64,000 bases of DNA. Origin: a virus (Duplodnaviria > Caudoviricetes). The notes under the pieces are model-generated. The model was not told the origin of the DNA, ran no database searches, and was given only the letters and a program-made list of their open reading frames with translations. Location of the stretch: the IMG/VR virus record IMGVR_UViG_3300037067_002302, positions 4,913 through 68,912 of that record; one strand, 5' to 3'. Below, in pieces: positions 8,023-17,048 of the stretch. Every line of letters starts with the position of its first letter. Position 1 is the stretch's first letter. Both the position numbers and the translations under genes were made by a program.

Positions 8023-8363
8023 AAAAAGATAAATTGGAATGGCTCGCCCGACATTGGGCGGCGAAAATCGGTGTAAAGGTAAATCCAATATCAATAGTCC
8101 CGATGCTTGGCAAGTGGGCATCAATATCCAGTCGTGGATTAAAACTAAATATTGATCTATTGAATACTCCGCGAAAATTATGCGAATTTGTGATTGTCTA
8201 TGAACTTGTGCGATCCATACATCCGCATAATAAATTATTCAATGCGTTCATGCTCACCTATATGCCTGATTGGGAACGCCGTAGGGATCAGCTTGATAAT
8301 ATCGGAGCACAATGCCCTGATAAGGTGGAGAAGGCGGAGGTAGTAAATCATGGCATGTGCTAA
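8019..8363 (+). CDS. YgjP/DUF45 (M48-like) family protein with degenerate metal motif
   Basis: GKWASISSRGLKLNIDLL...EFVIVYELVRSIHPHNKLFNAFMLTYMPDW; the canonical HELxH is here YELVR. Confidence 0.65.
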   Translation: MKKDKLEWLARHWAAKIGVKVNPISIVPMLGKWASISSRGLKLNIDLLNTPRKLCEFVIVYELVRSIHPHNKLFNAFMLTYMPDWERRRDQLDNIGAQCPDKVEKAEVVNHGMC

Positions 8364-8583
8364 GCGAGAGCGTACAGGTAGTTGCGGACATTATCAATGC
8401 CCATTTCCTGCAGTTAGTGGTTATGAATGTGTAGATATTTTCTGTGGCTATTGTGAGGTCGGTGAAGGTTGTGTTGATAAATGCGAGTGGAGCTGTGAAG
8501 CTGTAGATAGCGACAAAGCATTGGAAGCTGTTTATGAAGCATTTCCTGAATTGCGTGATGTTATACCGGAGGTAACCAAGTGA
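8350..8583 (+). CDS. Hypothetical Cys-rich protein
   Basis: Nine Cys; overlap with previous gene. Confidence 0.5.
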   Translation: MACAKRERTGSCGHYQCPFPAVSGYECVDIFCGYCEVGEGCVDKCEWSCEAVDSDKALEAVYEAFPELRDVIPEVTK

Positions 8584-8662
8584 AAACACAAATGACGTAC
8601 GCGCACGAACTGGCACTATGTGGTCTCCGCAGGATAGCAGAACGCGAAGGATGGAGAAAACA

Positions 8663-9067
8663 ATGTTGAGCAAGCGTAGCGACCGGCCCAAAATATCTGA
8701 GAATGCGTTCCAAGCGCAATTTATTGATCTAGCTCGTCAATTGGGTTGGAGGGTAGCGCACTTCAGGCCGTCGATAAATAGGCGCGGTAAGTGGTCAACC
8801 GCCGTGCAGGGTGATGGCGTCGGGTTTCCAGATAACATCCTCGTCAAAGGCAGTCGAATCATAGCAGCTGAATTAAAAAGTGAGGCTGGCAAACTCACAC
8901 CGGAGCAACTTATATGGCTCAATGTGTTCAGGCTTACTGATGCAGAAGTCTATGTATTTAAGCCGTCCGACTATGACAACATCGTTGAGATATTGAGGCA
9001 TAAGCCGGATAACCGAACAATCCCAGAAATGATGATGGACGCGGCGGCGAAGCGGGGGCAGATGTAA
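8663..9067 (+). CDS. VRR-NUC domain (PD-(D/E)xK) nuclease
   Basis: ISENAFQAQFIDLARQLGW...GFPDNILVK...AELKSEAGKLTPEQLIWL. Confidence 0.85.
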   Translation: MLSKRSDRPKISENAFQAQFIDLARQLGWRVAHFRPSINRRGKWSTAVQGDGVGFPDNILVKGSRIIAAELKSEAGKLTPEQLIWLNVFRLTDAEVYVFKPSDYDNIVEILRHKPDNRTIPEMMMDAAAKRGQM

Positions 9068-9348
9068 TGGATTTAATAGGCAACATATTGTTTGGTGTAA
9101 CCATAGTGTTTTTTATTCCAACCGTTGTCTTGATTTATATCTGGTTGCAAGATCGGAGGAGAATAACAACAGAGGCTGCTACTAAACTTACTTGCGAGTG
9201 TTGCAACTGCGGATGGATTGAGAGGCTCAATAGAGAATATGGGTTGAGTCTGGTTGGCACACAAGATTATATATGTCCACTATGCGGCAATAGGGGAGTT
9301 ATTACAGAGAATAGACCGGCTGCGAACGGCGGAGAGGGCGAAGTCTAA
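9067..9348 (+). CDS. Hypothetical membrane-anchored Zn-ribbon protein
   Basis: N-terminal TM segment; CCNCG...CPLCG. Confidence 0.6.
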   Translation: MDLIGNILFGVTIVFFIPTVVLIYIWLQDRRRITTEAATKLTCECCNCGWIERLNREYGLSLVGTQDYICPLCGNRGVITENRPAANGGEGEV

Positions 9349-9632
9349 TGAAGATCACTACACGGAAGGACTATGATTACGACAAACGCGGAAAACATGC
9401 CAACGGTAATTATGCGGCTACTATATGGGAGAAGGACTTAGGAAAAGATATAGAGCGTATTGGCGATACTCCAATTGATGCACTCACACAGCTTTATATT
9501 GCCGCTCAGGAGCGCAGGCAATATTATGATAATGCCATGAACGCTATCTTAAAGAAGCGATGGAGACTATGCACGGCGGCTGCTCGCGCCAAAAACCATG
9601 CCATTTCAAGCGTGGGCGAGAGGGACAGATGA
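9348..9632 (+). CDS. Hypothetical protein
   Basis: TAATG coupling. Confidence 0.6.
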   Translation: MKITTRKDYDYDKRGKHANGNYAATIWEKDLGKDIERIGDTPIDALTQLYIAAQERRQYYDNAMNAILKKRWRLCTAAARAKNHAISSVGERDR

Positions 9633-10486
9633 CACCATTTTACACTGATAACCTCGTGGAATTATATCAAGGTGATGCGTTAGAGTTATTGAGACAGATA
9701 CCTTCGGAATCCGTCCACATGGTTTGTACGAGTCCGCCTTATGACAATCTTCGCGTTTACAACGGCTTCACCTGGGACTTCGAGGCGACGGCGAAGGAAC
9801 TCTACCGTGTCCTCGTACCGGGCGGCGTCCTCTGTTGGAATGTCAATGATTCGGTAGTAAACGGGTCCGAAACGCTAACATCCTGCAAGCAAAAGATATT
9901 CTTCCGCGAGTAATGCGGTTTCAGTATTCACGACACGATGATATGGCATAAGCTAAACCATGCAAACCCGGAATTCACTCGCTACCATCAATTATTTGAA
10001 TACGTCTTTATTTTATCCAAAGGCAAGCCAAGATGCTTCAATCCAATAATGGACAAGCCGAATGCTCAAGCCGGGAAAATTGGCGCATTAGGGCAAAACA
10101 CCTATATGAAACGCGATGGTGCGAAGTCTACCAGGCACACCTATATGACCAAAAAACTCGGTATGCGCGGCAATGTATGGAGAGGCAAAACGGCAGGTCA
10201 AGAAGTTGTTTGTAAAAAGCTCTGGCATCCCGCAATGATGCCACTATGGTTGGCTAAAGACCTTATACGGTCGTGGAGCAATGAGGGCGATACGATCCTC
10301 GACCCGTTCGCGGGCAGTTGCACGAGCTTACTTGCGGCCAAGAGTCTTGGCCGTCGCGCTATCGGCATTGAGATAAGCGCGGAATATTGCCGTATGGCGG
10401 TTGATAGACGCCTTTTTGGTCAGATGACGATGGATAGCAACGAATGCCCGCGCTCAGTGGAGCTTGCAACGAAAGGAAAGGGATAA
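9629..10486 (+). pseudogene. Beta-class N4C/N6A DNA methyltransferase interrupted by one in-frame TAA (9911-9913)
   Basis: LYQGDALELL, TSPPY (motif IV), then FRE*CGFSIHDTMIW in frame, HPAMMP and ILDPFAGSCTS (motif I). Confidence 0.85.
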
Positions 10487-10878
10487 TGACAATCGAATCT
10501 TATGGCTTCCAAGAGGTCTTAAAAGTACTCGAGGCAGTTACCGGGGAACGTGACGATGACAATACCTGCGTCGTGTGTGGCTGCACTGATGACCGCGCCT
10601 GCCAGGAAGGATGTTTTTGGATCGCCCGGGGCCTGTGTAGCGCTTGCGTTGATAAAGCCATATTAACAGTCGCCCATGCAATCGAGAGGCAGTCAATATC
10701 AATTCCCTGCCAATATCGAGCCGGGCAGCCGGTCATGACGGATAAGGGACCCGGTAAGATCGAGATCGCTTTTGAGGATGACGGCGGGAACTGGTATCTC
10801 GTTGGGGTCATGGTCGATGGACTGCCGCTAAAGATGATTGTCGACGAACCGGATATCAGGATGATTGGAGATGAGTAA
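10486..10878 (+). CDS. Hypothetical protein with CxxCGCTDDRAC motif
   Basis: CVVCGCTDDRACQEGCFWIARGLCSAC. Confidence 0.7.
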   Translation: MTIESYGFQEVLKVLEAVTGERDDDNTCVVCGCTDDRACQEGCFWIARGLCSACVDKAILTVAHAIERQSISIPCQYRAGQPVMTDKGPGKIEIAFEDDGGNWYLVGVMVDGLPLKMIVDEPDIRMIGDE

Positions 10879-11377
10879 ACGGAGGCGAATGCCGGGAGCG
10901 TACCTGCCCGAAACGAAGCTCCATAAGGGACCGAATGGTCGCAACTTGTGCCGTTGGTGCTTGAAGGAAGTGCCCGTTGGTCGCCGAACCTATTGTAGTG
11001 CTGAATGTGTCCATGAGTGGCGTTGCCGAACTGATCCCGGTTATGTACGGGAAGAGGTACAAAAACGCGATAAAGCCCTATGTAGTCGTTGTGGGCAGCA
11101 ATGCCGAATAGTCACAAGCTTTCATGATGCTTATGTTGCGTTCCGAATGTTAGAGAGATTGTGCCGAGACTGTTTTCAGTATTTCCTCAGAAGGAATCGA
11201 GAACGCCCAACCTGGGAGGCTCATCATAAAGTGGCGGTTGCAGAGGGCGGCGGCGAATGCGGCCTGGATGGATACGAAACGCTATGCAGGGATTGCCATA
11301 AAGCCGAAACTTCCGCACTGAGGAAAAGATTATCTCGGCAAAATAAAAATACATCAGATCAAATGAGGTTGATATGA
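10871..11377 (+). CDS. HNH endonuclease
   Basis: CRWC...YCSAEC; VQKRDKALCSRCG; WEAHHKVAVAEGGGECGLDGYETLCRDCH. Confidence 0.85.
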   Translation: MSKRRRMPGAYLPETKLHKGPNGRNLCRWCLKEVPVGRRTYCSAECVHEWRCRTDPGYVREEVQKRDKALCSRCGQQCRIVTSFHDAYVAFRMLERLCRDCFQYFLRRNRERPTWEAHHKVAVAEGGGECGLDGYETLCRDCHKAETSALRKRLSRQNKNTSDQMRLI

Positions 11378-11637
11378 GTAAAAAATACTGGTTCGATGAA
11401 GATGGCAGCAAAATCACCATCACGATGAGCCTCGCGATAAAGTCGGGTGGAATGCGTAAATGTTTCTTTCCGTTCCTCTACTCGCCGGGATACAAGGGGA
11501 TTCTAACCGAACCTGACCTGACAAATTGCGCGACCCGCCTTGAGGCTGAAGAGATTGTGCAGCTCCACGCCGATAAGCACGGATGGAAGACGTTCGAGGA
11601 TGATGTCCAGGCGACGGAGGTATGTCATGTCAGTTAA
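11374..11637 (+). CDS. Hypothetical protein
   Basis: ATGA overlap. Confidence 0.6.
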   Translation: MSKKYWFDEDGSKITITMSLAIKSGGMRKCFFPFLYSPGYKGILTEPDLTNCATRLEAEEIVQLHADKHGWKTFEDDVQATEVCHVS

Positions 11638-12373
11638 ATTGAAGCCGATCTTATATACACCATCTGGTAGAGCTGGAGAATATGCTAATCACGGTTATGC
11701 GTTGAATCTTTATAACGGATGTCCTCATGGTTGTAAATACTGCTATGTGCCGGATATAAAGCATATAGACCGTGAGAAATTTCATTCATCCTGCACACCG
11801 CAGCCCAATATATTGGAGCGACTAAAGGCCGATCTTGATAGACTTGGTAAACTTGATGAGCCTATATTTCTCTGTTTTTCGTGTGATCCTTACCCGCTAG
11901 GTTATAACAATGTGCTTACAAGGGATGCAATCACTCTTATAAAATCCAGCGAGAATAACGTCAGGATTCTTACTAAGAACGGTGGCGATGCACGGTTTGA
12001 CTTTGATCTACTCGATCCAAATGATGAATTCGGAGTAACGCTAACAACCTTAAAAAAGCAATGGGAACCCTATGCTTCGACGCCATATCAACGGATCGAT
12101 GCCATTGTCAAAGCACATGTTCGAGGTATTAAAACCTGGATTAGCTTCGAGCCTGTTATTGATCCTGATGAGACTCTCAGTTTCATGGAACGCATGGCTC
12201 CGTATGCCAACATCTTCAAGATCGGCAAGTTAAATTATCATCCACTCGCTAAAACAATTGACTGGCGTAAGTTCGCAATCGAAGCGTCGACGCTTGCAAC
12301 AAAGCTCGGTGTGCCATTTATGTTGAAGGCCGATCTGAGGGCGTTTTTGAAGCCGGGGGATATTGACTTATAG
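11627..12373 (+). CDS. Radical SAM protein (SplB/Rv2578c-like)
   Basis: YALNLYNGCPHGCKYCY (CxxxCxxC), FSCDPYP, VRILTK, WISFEPVI. Confidence 0.85.
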   Translation: MSVKLKPILYTPSGRAGEYANHGYALNLYNGCPHGCKYCYVPDIKHIDREKFHSSCTPQPNILERLKADLDRLGKLDEPIFLCFSCDPYPLGYNNVLTRDAITLIKSSENNVRILTKNGGDARFDFDLLDPNDEFGVTLTTLKKQWEPYASTPYQRIDAIVKAHVRGIKTWISFEPVIDPDETLSFMERMAPYANIFKIGKLNYHPLAKTIDWRKFAIEASTLATKLGVPFMLKADLRAFLKPGDIDL

Positions 12374-12391
12374 CCGCCGATATGATAAAAT
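12363..12391 (+). promoter_or_regulatory. Sigma70-type promoter
   Basis: TTGACT-N17-TAAAAT. Confidence 0.7.
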
Positions 12392-12397
12392 AATATC

Positions 12398-12499
12398 GTC
12401 TAGGGAACGTGGTAAGACCGCTTCATATTGTGGTAAAATAAATCTGCACCCGATTCGGGCTACGTTCCCTAGACAAGAACGCGGTTCCTGAGTCGGGTG
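12398..12499 (+). ncRNA. Compact C4-like antisense RNA cassette 3 plus downstream target sites
   Basis: 15-bp stem 12398-12412/12460-12474 (one G-U). Internal GACCGC and CACCCGATTCGGG pair with downstream GCGGTT (12481-12486) and CCTGAGTCGGGTG (12487-12499). Confidence 0.65.
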
Positions 12500-12519
12500 T
12501 TTTGCATTTGGGGGATAGG

Positions 12520-12846
12520 ATGGACGACAAGGAAAAGCGACGGGATGACTATCCGGCACATTTACCGGATTCGCCGGAATGGTTGAAGAAGGGCGCGATC
12601 ACCAAATATGATGATGGCAAATCCAGGCCGTATAAGGCCCGTATTGTGGATAATCATAATGCCAATGGTTGTCTCACTATAAAAAATTTTCATAATACTT
12701 CGTGGCAAGATATGCTTGCTCACCCGGAGGAACTGTGGCCTTGGGGAGAACTGACTCGGACGATCTATAAACGCGATACCGCCGACAGCCGGATTGAGAT
12801 TATCTTCGTATCTCAGGGATCGGCGGCGAAGACGGTGGATGGATGA
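12520..12846 (+). CDS. Hypothetical protein
   Basis: ATG with GGGGATAGG RBS directly after cassette 3. Confidence 0.6.
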   Translation: MDDKEKRRDDYPAHLPDSPEWLKKGAITKYDDGKSRPYKARIVDNHNANGCLTIKNFHNTSWQDMLAHPEELWPWGELTRTIYKRDTADSRIEIIFVSQGSAAKTVDG

Positions 12847-13061
12847 CTGTCTATAAATCGCTTTTCGGTGGCCAGCATCGCATCAAATCACTGCCACTGC
12901 GCGATACCAGGATTGAGGCCCAGGCCGCGCTCGATGAATACGCCAAGAAGAAAAAATGGAGTAGGTACGGCGAATTCGACGAGAACGGCGAGATGCAGCT
13001 CGACCACATGAAGCCATATCGCGATGTAGTAAAAGCCGAAATGAATTACGAAAGGAGGTGA
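12843..13061 (+). CDS. Hypothetical protein
   Basis: ATGA overlap. Confidence 0.6.
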   Translation: MTVYKSLFGGQHRIKSLPLRDTRIEAQAALDEYAKKKKWSRYGEFDENGEMQLDHMKPYRDVVKAEMNYERR

Positions 13062-13065
13062 TACC

Positions 13066-13278
13066 TTGCCAGACGTATCAGACATCGAAAAACGTTTCAC
13101 TGATCATCCGCCGAAGGATGATCAGCCGCAGCGATACACGGAAATCAGGGATAAGGCAAAAGAGTTAGCAAAGCTCATAAATGGCCATTGTCCCGAAAGC
13201 CGTGAGAAGTCGCTGGCACTCACGAAGTTGCAGGAAGTTTCCATGTGGGCGAACGCGTCCATAGCCTGTAACGAATAA
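13066..13278 (+). CDS. Acb2/Tad1-hairpin-like protein (candidate cyclic-nucleotide sponge)
   Basis: RFTDHPPK...RYTEIRDKAKELA...CPESREKSLALTKLQEVSMWANASIA; strong RBS AGGAGG. Confidence 0.6.
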   Translation: MPDVSDIEKRFTDHPPKDDQPQRYTEIRDKAKELAKLINGHCPESREKSLALTKLQEVSMWANASIACNE

Positions 13279-13389
13279 ACCGTAGTGATGAAAACTGAAT
13301 AAAGCCAGGGGGCGGTGCTAAGCAAGCTAAAAATCAGTTATCAAGCCGCTCCCTGGTAGGTCAAAAGATTAGCTAGGAGTGATTATTAG

Positions 13390-13587
13390 ATGTCCAGAAA
13401 ACCGAAAAATCTTAAATGTCCAACCTGCGAAGGCGCAAAGCGGGGGAATTGCTGTAGTTGTGGAAAGCATATTCCTCTTGAGAAACAAAACTTATCTCCA
13501 AATCCATATAGCAATGAAATCAATGATGATGATCGGTTACATTTGATATGTGCGGATTGCTATGAGGATTTTCAAGGGGATATTTAA
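13390..13587 (+). CDS. Small Zn-finger protein
   Basis: CPTC...CCSCG...CADC. Confidence 0.55.
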   Translation: MSRKPKNLKCPTCEGAKRGNCCSCGKHIPLEKQNLSPNPYSNEINDDDRLHLICADCYEDFQGDI

Positions 13588-13646
13588 TAAAAATAGGCCC
13601 GATCCGTCGCCGAACCGAGCCAAGCATCACAAGGAGGTATCCAGAG

Positions 13647-13820
13647 TTGAGTGAAATATTAGCAAAAATCTTTATAACTTCTATTGTTCTTATGATAGTA
13701 AGTTTTGTCGGCGTAATGATAGAAGCTAGAACTGACGAGAAAATCTGGCTTACATTAATGATAATTTTTATAGTTATCGCCTCCATCAGCCTTATAGTTG
13801 GTATATGGGCGTATGGATAG
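13647..13820 (+). CDS. Small two-TM membrane protein (57 aa, not in track)
   Basis: RBS AGGAGG, TTG start: MSEILAKIFITSIVLMIVSFVGVMIEARTDEKIWLTLMIIFIVIASISLIVGIWAYG. Confidence 0.55.
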   Translation: MSEILAKIFITSIVLMIVSFVGVMIEARTDEKIWLTLMIIFIVIASISLIVGIWAYG

Positions 13821-13924
13821 AAAAGAAAAAGCGACTCCGTGATCCAGAGTCGCCATCAAGCACCAAACCATTAAAAACCTAACCATATTATAGCAAGCGA
13901 ACGAGTGAAAATCAACGGTGGAGG

Positions 13925-14491
13925 GTGCAAATGGCGGTTAATAGGGAATCATTTTTAGAGCAGCAGGCGGATGCGTTATTAGCGGGAACGCCTGGAGTTT
14001 ACCCGGAGGCGGAGCTTGTACGGAAAATGGCGGTTGAACGGACTGGGATCGACCTCGACCAGTTCAGCGCCACCGACAACTACAGCGTATGTCACCGCCA
14101 TGGCAATATCACAATAGCCTCTATTATGCGGATGGCGCGACTCACAAGGCCGCAACGGGATATGTTCAGGCTGATCGTCAATGCGCGGCGGAATGGCATT
14201 GCTAAAATCAGGCCGTCAGTCGCGGCGCGAGTTATTAATATCCACCCAAACAACGTCAATCGCATGATCAAGACGATAATATCACGAGTCACGCCCGTCA
14301 TCAATTCGCTGGATGGTGAGGCTGCAAACCATAGTCAAAGTATAGAGTGGCTATTCTGGAGGGAGAGTCGCTGTAAACTGGTACGCAAGCATTATATAAC
14401 GCATAAGCGTAAGACCGTATCGGATACCATGTTTTACATCGAGGATGGTCAGGTAAAGAGGACAAAGAGAATCCCACCGCTGGAGCGATGA
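13925..14491 (+). CDS. Hypothetical protein, possible sigma-region-4-like late regulator
   Basis: RLTRPQRDMFRL...SVAARVINIHPNNVNRMIK is HTH-like; last gene of the early rightward operon. Confidence 0.45.
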   Translation: MQMAVNRESFLEQQADALLAGTPGVYPEAELVRKMAVERTGIDLDQFSATDNYSVCHRHGNITIASIMRMARLTRPQRDMFRLIVNARRNGIAKIRPSVAARVINIHPNNVNRMIKTIISRVTPVINSLDGEAANHSQSIEWLFWRESRCKLVRKHYITHKRKTVSDTMFYIEDGQVKRTKRIPPLER

Positions 14492-14501
14492 CGGTGGGAT
14501 T
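14470..14501. terminator. Hairpin between convergent operons
   Basis: AATCCCACCG/CGGTGGGATT 10-bp stem. Confidence 0.55.
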
Positions 14502-14518
14502 GTGGTAATGGTTCAGTA

Positions 14519-14689
14519 TTAACAGGTGGCACCGCGCCGGTTGAGTTCGTTATATATTCGCTCCTGTTCAGCCTTGAAGCGTTCGCCACGTTCACCCTCG
14601 TATTCACCGAGTGGCATTTCCTCTAACCATTGCTGTATTTGACAATATCGGGACTGTAACTCTTCAACTGTCATTGTTTGTGTGCTCAT
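14519..14689 (-). CDS. Small hypothetical protein (56 aa, not in track)
   Basis: MSTQTMTVEELQSRYCQIQQWLEEMPLGEYEGERGERFKAEQERIYNELNRRGATC; RBS GGAGG. Confidence 0.6.
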   Translation of the reverse strand: MSTQTMTVEELQSRYCQIQQWLEEMPLGEYEGERGERFKAEQERIYNELNRRGATC

Positions 14690-14705
14690 TTCAATCCTCC
14701 TCTCC

Positions 14706-14909
14706 TCACGGCTGCCCTTCCGGGCGGGTTTTTAATTCTTCTGCTTCTTTCTGTGTCCAAATTCGTTTATTGCCTCTGCGTCGAGGCTCAGGGATTATTT
14801 TAGCTCTGAGTCTCGATATGAGAGTGCGACGATTGATGTTGAGATATTCCGCCAACTCGCCCGTCGATAGCTCGCCAGGTCTCGGAAAATGTTTAGGCAT
14901 GGCATTCAA
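14706..14909 (-). CDS. MerR/excisionase-like HTH DNA-binding protein
   Basis: LSTGELAEYLNINRRTLISRL...IIPEPRR.GNKRIWT. Confidence 0.75.
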   Translation of the reverse strand: MNAMPKHFPRPGELSTGELAEYLNINRRTLISRLRAKIIPEPRRRGNKRIWTQKEAEELKTRPEGQP

Positions 14910-15168
14910 CTACCGTTTCTCCACCCGGCCAGACTTCTAGTCCATTATAAGTTTTCGGGAGGTGCTCTGGAATGCTGATGAGATCAACATTGCGCATGAG
15001 AGAATAAAGATAACCATCAATTGGTTCAATGATGGCAAGAGTTTCACCGGCGCGGTCATTAGGATGTCGGTGTTTGTTGAATTCTCGACAGATAACTCGT
15101 GCCTCTTTAAGTGTTTCACAAGCTACCGTAACCAGCGTTTTTGAATCGTGTACGATCCATCGTTTCAT
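14893..15168 (-). CDS. Hypothetical protein
   Basis: MKRWIVHDSKT... start with AAGGAG RBS, within track ORF 14893-15336. Confidence 0.55.
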   Translation of the reverse strand: MKRWIVHDSKTLVTVACETLKEARVICREFNKHRHPNDRAGETLAIIEPIDGYLYSLMRNVDLISIPEHLPKTYNGLEVWPGGETVVECHA

Positions 15169-15169
15169 T

Positions 15170-15556
15170 TTAATAATTCTCCTTTTCTGGATTTCCCTTG
15201 CGACCACGCATAAATGTTTTCGTTTCGTGTAGCTGCTGGTAATCCGTATAGTCATAAATCTCTGTAAAACACCGTCTCCGTGCGGTGACATGCTCATATT
15301 CAAAATCAATCTCATCTGGGCCAAGACCGGTATCATCGCAGGTATATTCGATCACGTGAAATACCAATTTACCATCAGCGCAACGCGTTATCGCTAATTC
15401 TGCTGTTGAAACTATTGGGGCGTATGGATGATTGATCTCCTCATCCTCGAATCGCTGATATACTAATTTCAATGCCTCCCCTAGCGTTTTACAGTCAATG
15501 GGGTGGCCATCGGGTCCCCAGGCTCCACCGCAACCGCCGTGTTTAATTCGATACAT
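15170..15556 (-). CDS. Hypothetical protein
   Basis: RBS GAGGAGGAG. Confidence 0.65.
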   Translation of the reverse strand: MYRIKHGGCGGAWGPDGHPIDCKTLGEALKLVYQRFEDEEINHPYAPIVSTAELAITRCADGKLVFHVIEYTCDDTGLGPDEIDFEYEHVTARRRCFTEIYDYTDYQQLHETKTFMRGRKGNPEKENY

Positions 15557-15572
15557 TTCAATTCTCCTCCTC

Positions 15573-16010
15573 TCAAATATCCAAATGACCGCCCGCGTCG
15601 ATGCTGGCTTCCAACTCGTCTAGTTGTTGCTCCTGAACCTGTTTTGCATCCGAAGCCGTTCCAGGTATTACATGTATAGCTAAATCAGCTAAATGCACCC
15701 ACTGATTTGAACCATCGTTCAGTATCACGGATATATGGCCCTCATCCGGCCATATCACAATTGCGTGATCGCATGGTATACTGGCTGATATTCCAGGCCA
15801 TTCATGTACGAGCAGTAGGTTTGATAGATTCGTTACATCTATAACCTCTAGTCGCTGTAGTCCCTGCTGTAGTTTAATTTTACCTGTCAGTATGTATTTG
15901 CAGTCGCCCCACTCAACTACCGGATGACGACTGACCTCGGCATATGGTTTCCTTTCAGCTATAAATTCCTTCCAACCCTCTATGCTGTCTATCGATTTTG
16001 AATCAAACAT
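15573..16010 (-). CDS. Hypothetical protein
   Basis: RBS GGAGGAG. Confidence 0.65.
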   Translation of the reverse strand: MFDSKSIDSIEGWKEFIAERKPYAEVSRHPVVEWGDCKYILTGKIKLQQGLQRLEVIDVTNLSNLLLVHEWPGISASIPCDHAIVIWPDEGHISVILNDGSNQWVHLADLAIHVIPGTASDAKQVQEQQLDELEASIDAGGHLDI

Positions 16011-16064
16011 TTCAATCTCCTCCGTTTCGTTATTGCGGAGAGCTAACTGCCCTCCATCAATAGT

Positions 16065-16093
16065 ATAATACCCTAAATAATAACCTATGTCAA
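16065..16093 (-). promoter_or_regulatory. Leftward sigma70-type promoter for the reverse cassette
   Basis: TTGACA-N17-TATTAT on the minus strand. Confidence 0.7.
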
Positions 16094-16520
16094 CACCTAT
16101 TTAATAATTATTTGCTGGATTGTTCTGCAATTTTATCCGCAGAATTGTCTATATTTACCGACAAATCCGCCAATACCCAAAACCACAATTCGTGCGTAAA
16201 ATGATTGGCTTTACGCTCAAGCTCCGTATATAATTGGGTGAGCAAAATATTTTATTTCCGGCGTCACCTGCTTAGTGGTGAGAATGTCGAGCTGTCGACC
16301 GTTCACTTCTCCTTTCCTCGCAAGAGGGAGCCGGTGCAATGCTGGCTCCCTCGGTAAATAGACAGGGTAACAACAAAATAGGGCGCACTCATTGGTAATT
16401 GGGGAGTTCGGGTGTTACTATATACTACCAGAGATGACTTAACCTGCTCCCTGTAGTAGTATAAAATATACCCTAGGGGGTATTCAGTGAGCGTAAAAAC
16501 TGAGTTTTGAGATAACCCTC

Positions 16521-17048
16521 ATGAGAGTACCAAACGTAAAATGTAGAGCAAAATCAAAGCGAACAGGTGAGCGATGCAATGCGTGGGCTGTTACTGGCAA
16601 GGATTTATGTCAGAAACATGGCGGGGCTGACGGTTCCGGCGGAGACGGTCGCCCTATTGTCCACGGCCTCTATTCAAACTACGTACCTGACGACTGGAAA
16701 GCGGACTACGAGTATTTTAAGACAGACCCGCATATACTCTCGCTCAAAAGTGATATAGCAGTGGCGCGGGTGGCCTCATCTCGTTTCAGGCAAAAGATAG
16801 TCGGGCAGGCATTGACCGCTGAGCTATGTGACACACTGTTGGAGCATGGCATTAAAATTGGCAAACTGTGTGAGATACATAGTAAAATACAGTTTGGTGA
16901 GCGGGTGATCTACTCGCCGGAGACCTGGCAGGAAATGATGGGCAAGGTAGTGACAGCGCAGAACTCGGCGATTGATGCTGTTATAGCCGATCCAAAGCTG
17001 AGAGATAGACTAAAGGAGGCGATAGCGGAGAGGCTGGAGAAGAAGTAG
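16521..17048 (+). CDS. Terminase small subunit (HGGxSTG-type)
   Basis: KCRAKSKRTGERC...LCQKHGG...PIVHGLYS; upstream of TerL. Confidence 0.75.
   Translation: MRVPNVKCRAKSKRTGERCNAWAVTGKDLCQKHGGADGSGGDGRPIVHGLYSNYVPDDWKADYEYFKTDPHILSLKSDIAVARVASSRFRQKIVGQALTAELCDTLLEHGIKIGKLCEIHSKIQFGERVIYSPETWQEMMGKVVTAQNSAIDAVIADPKLRDRLKEAIAERLEKK

Noticed and set aside
13285-13375. Fourth C4-like cassette
   Set aside because: Has a closing stem (CCAGGGGGCGG/CCGCTCCCTGG) but only weak downstream complementarity and no clear promoter; more likely a simple hairpin.
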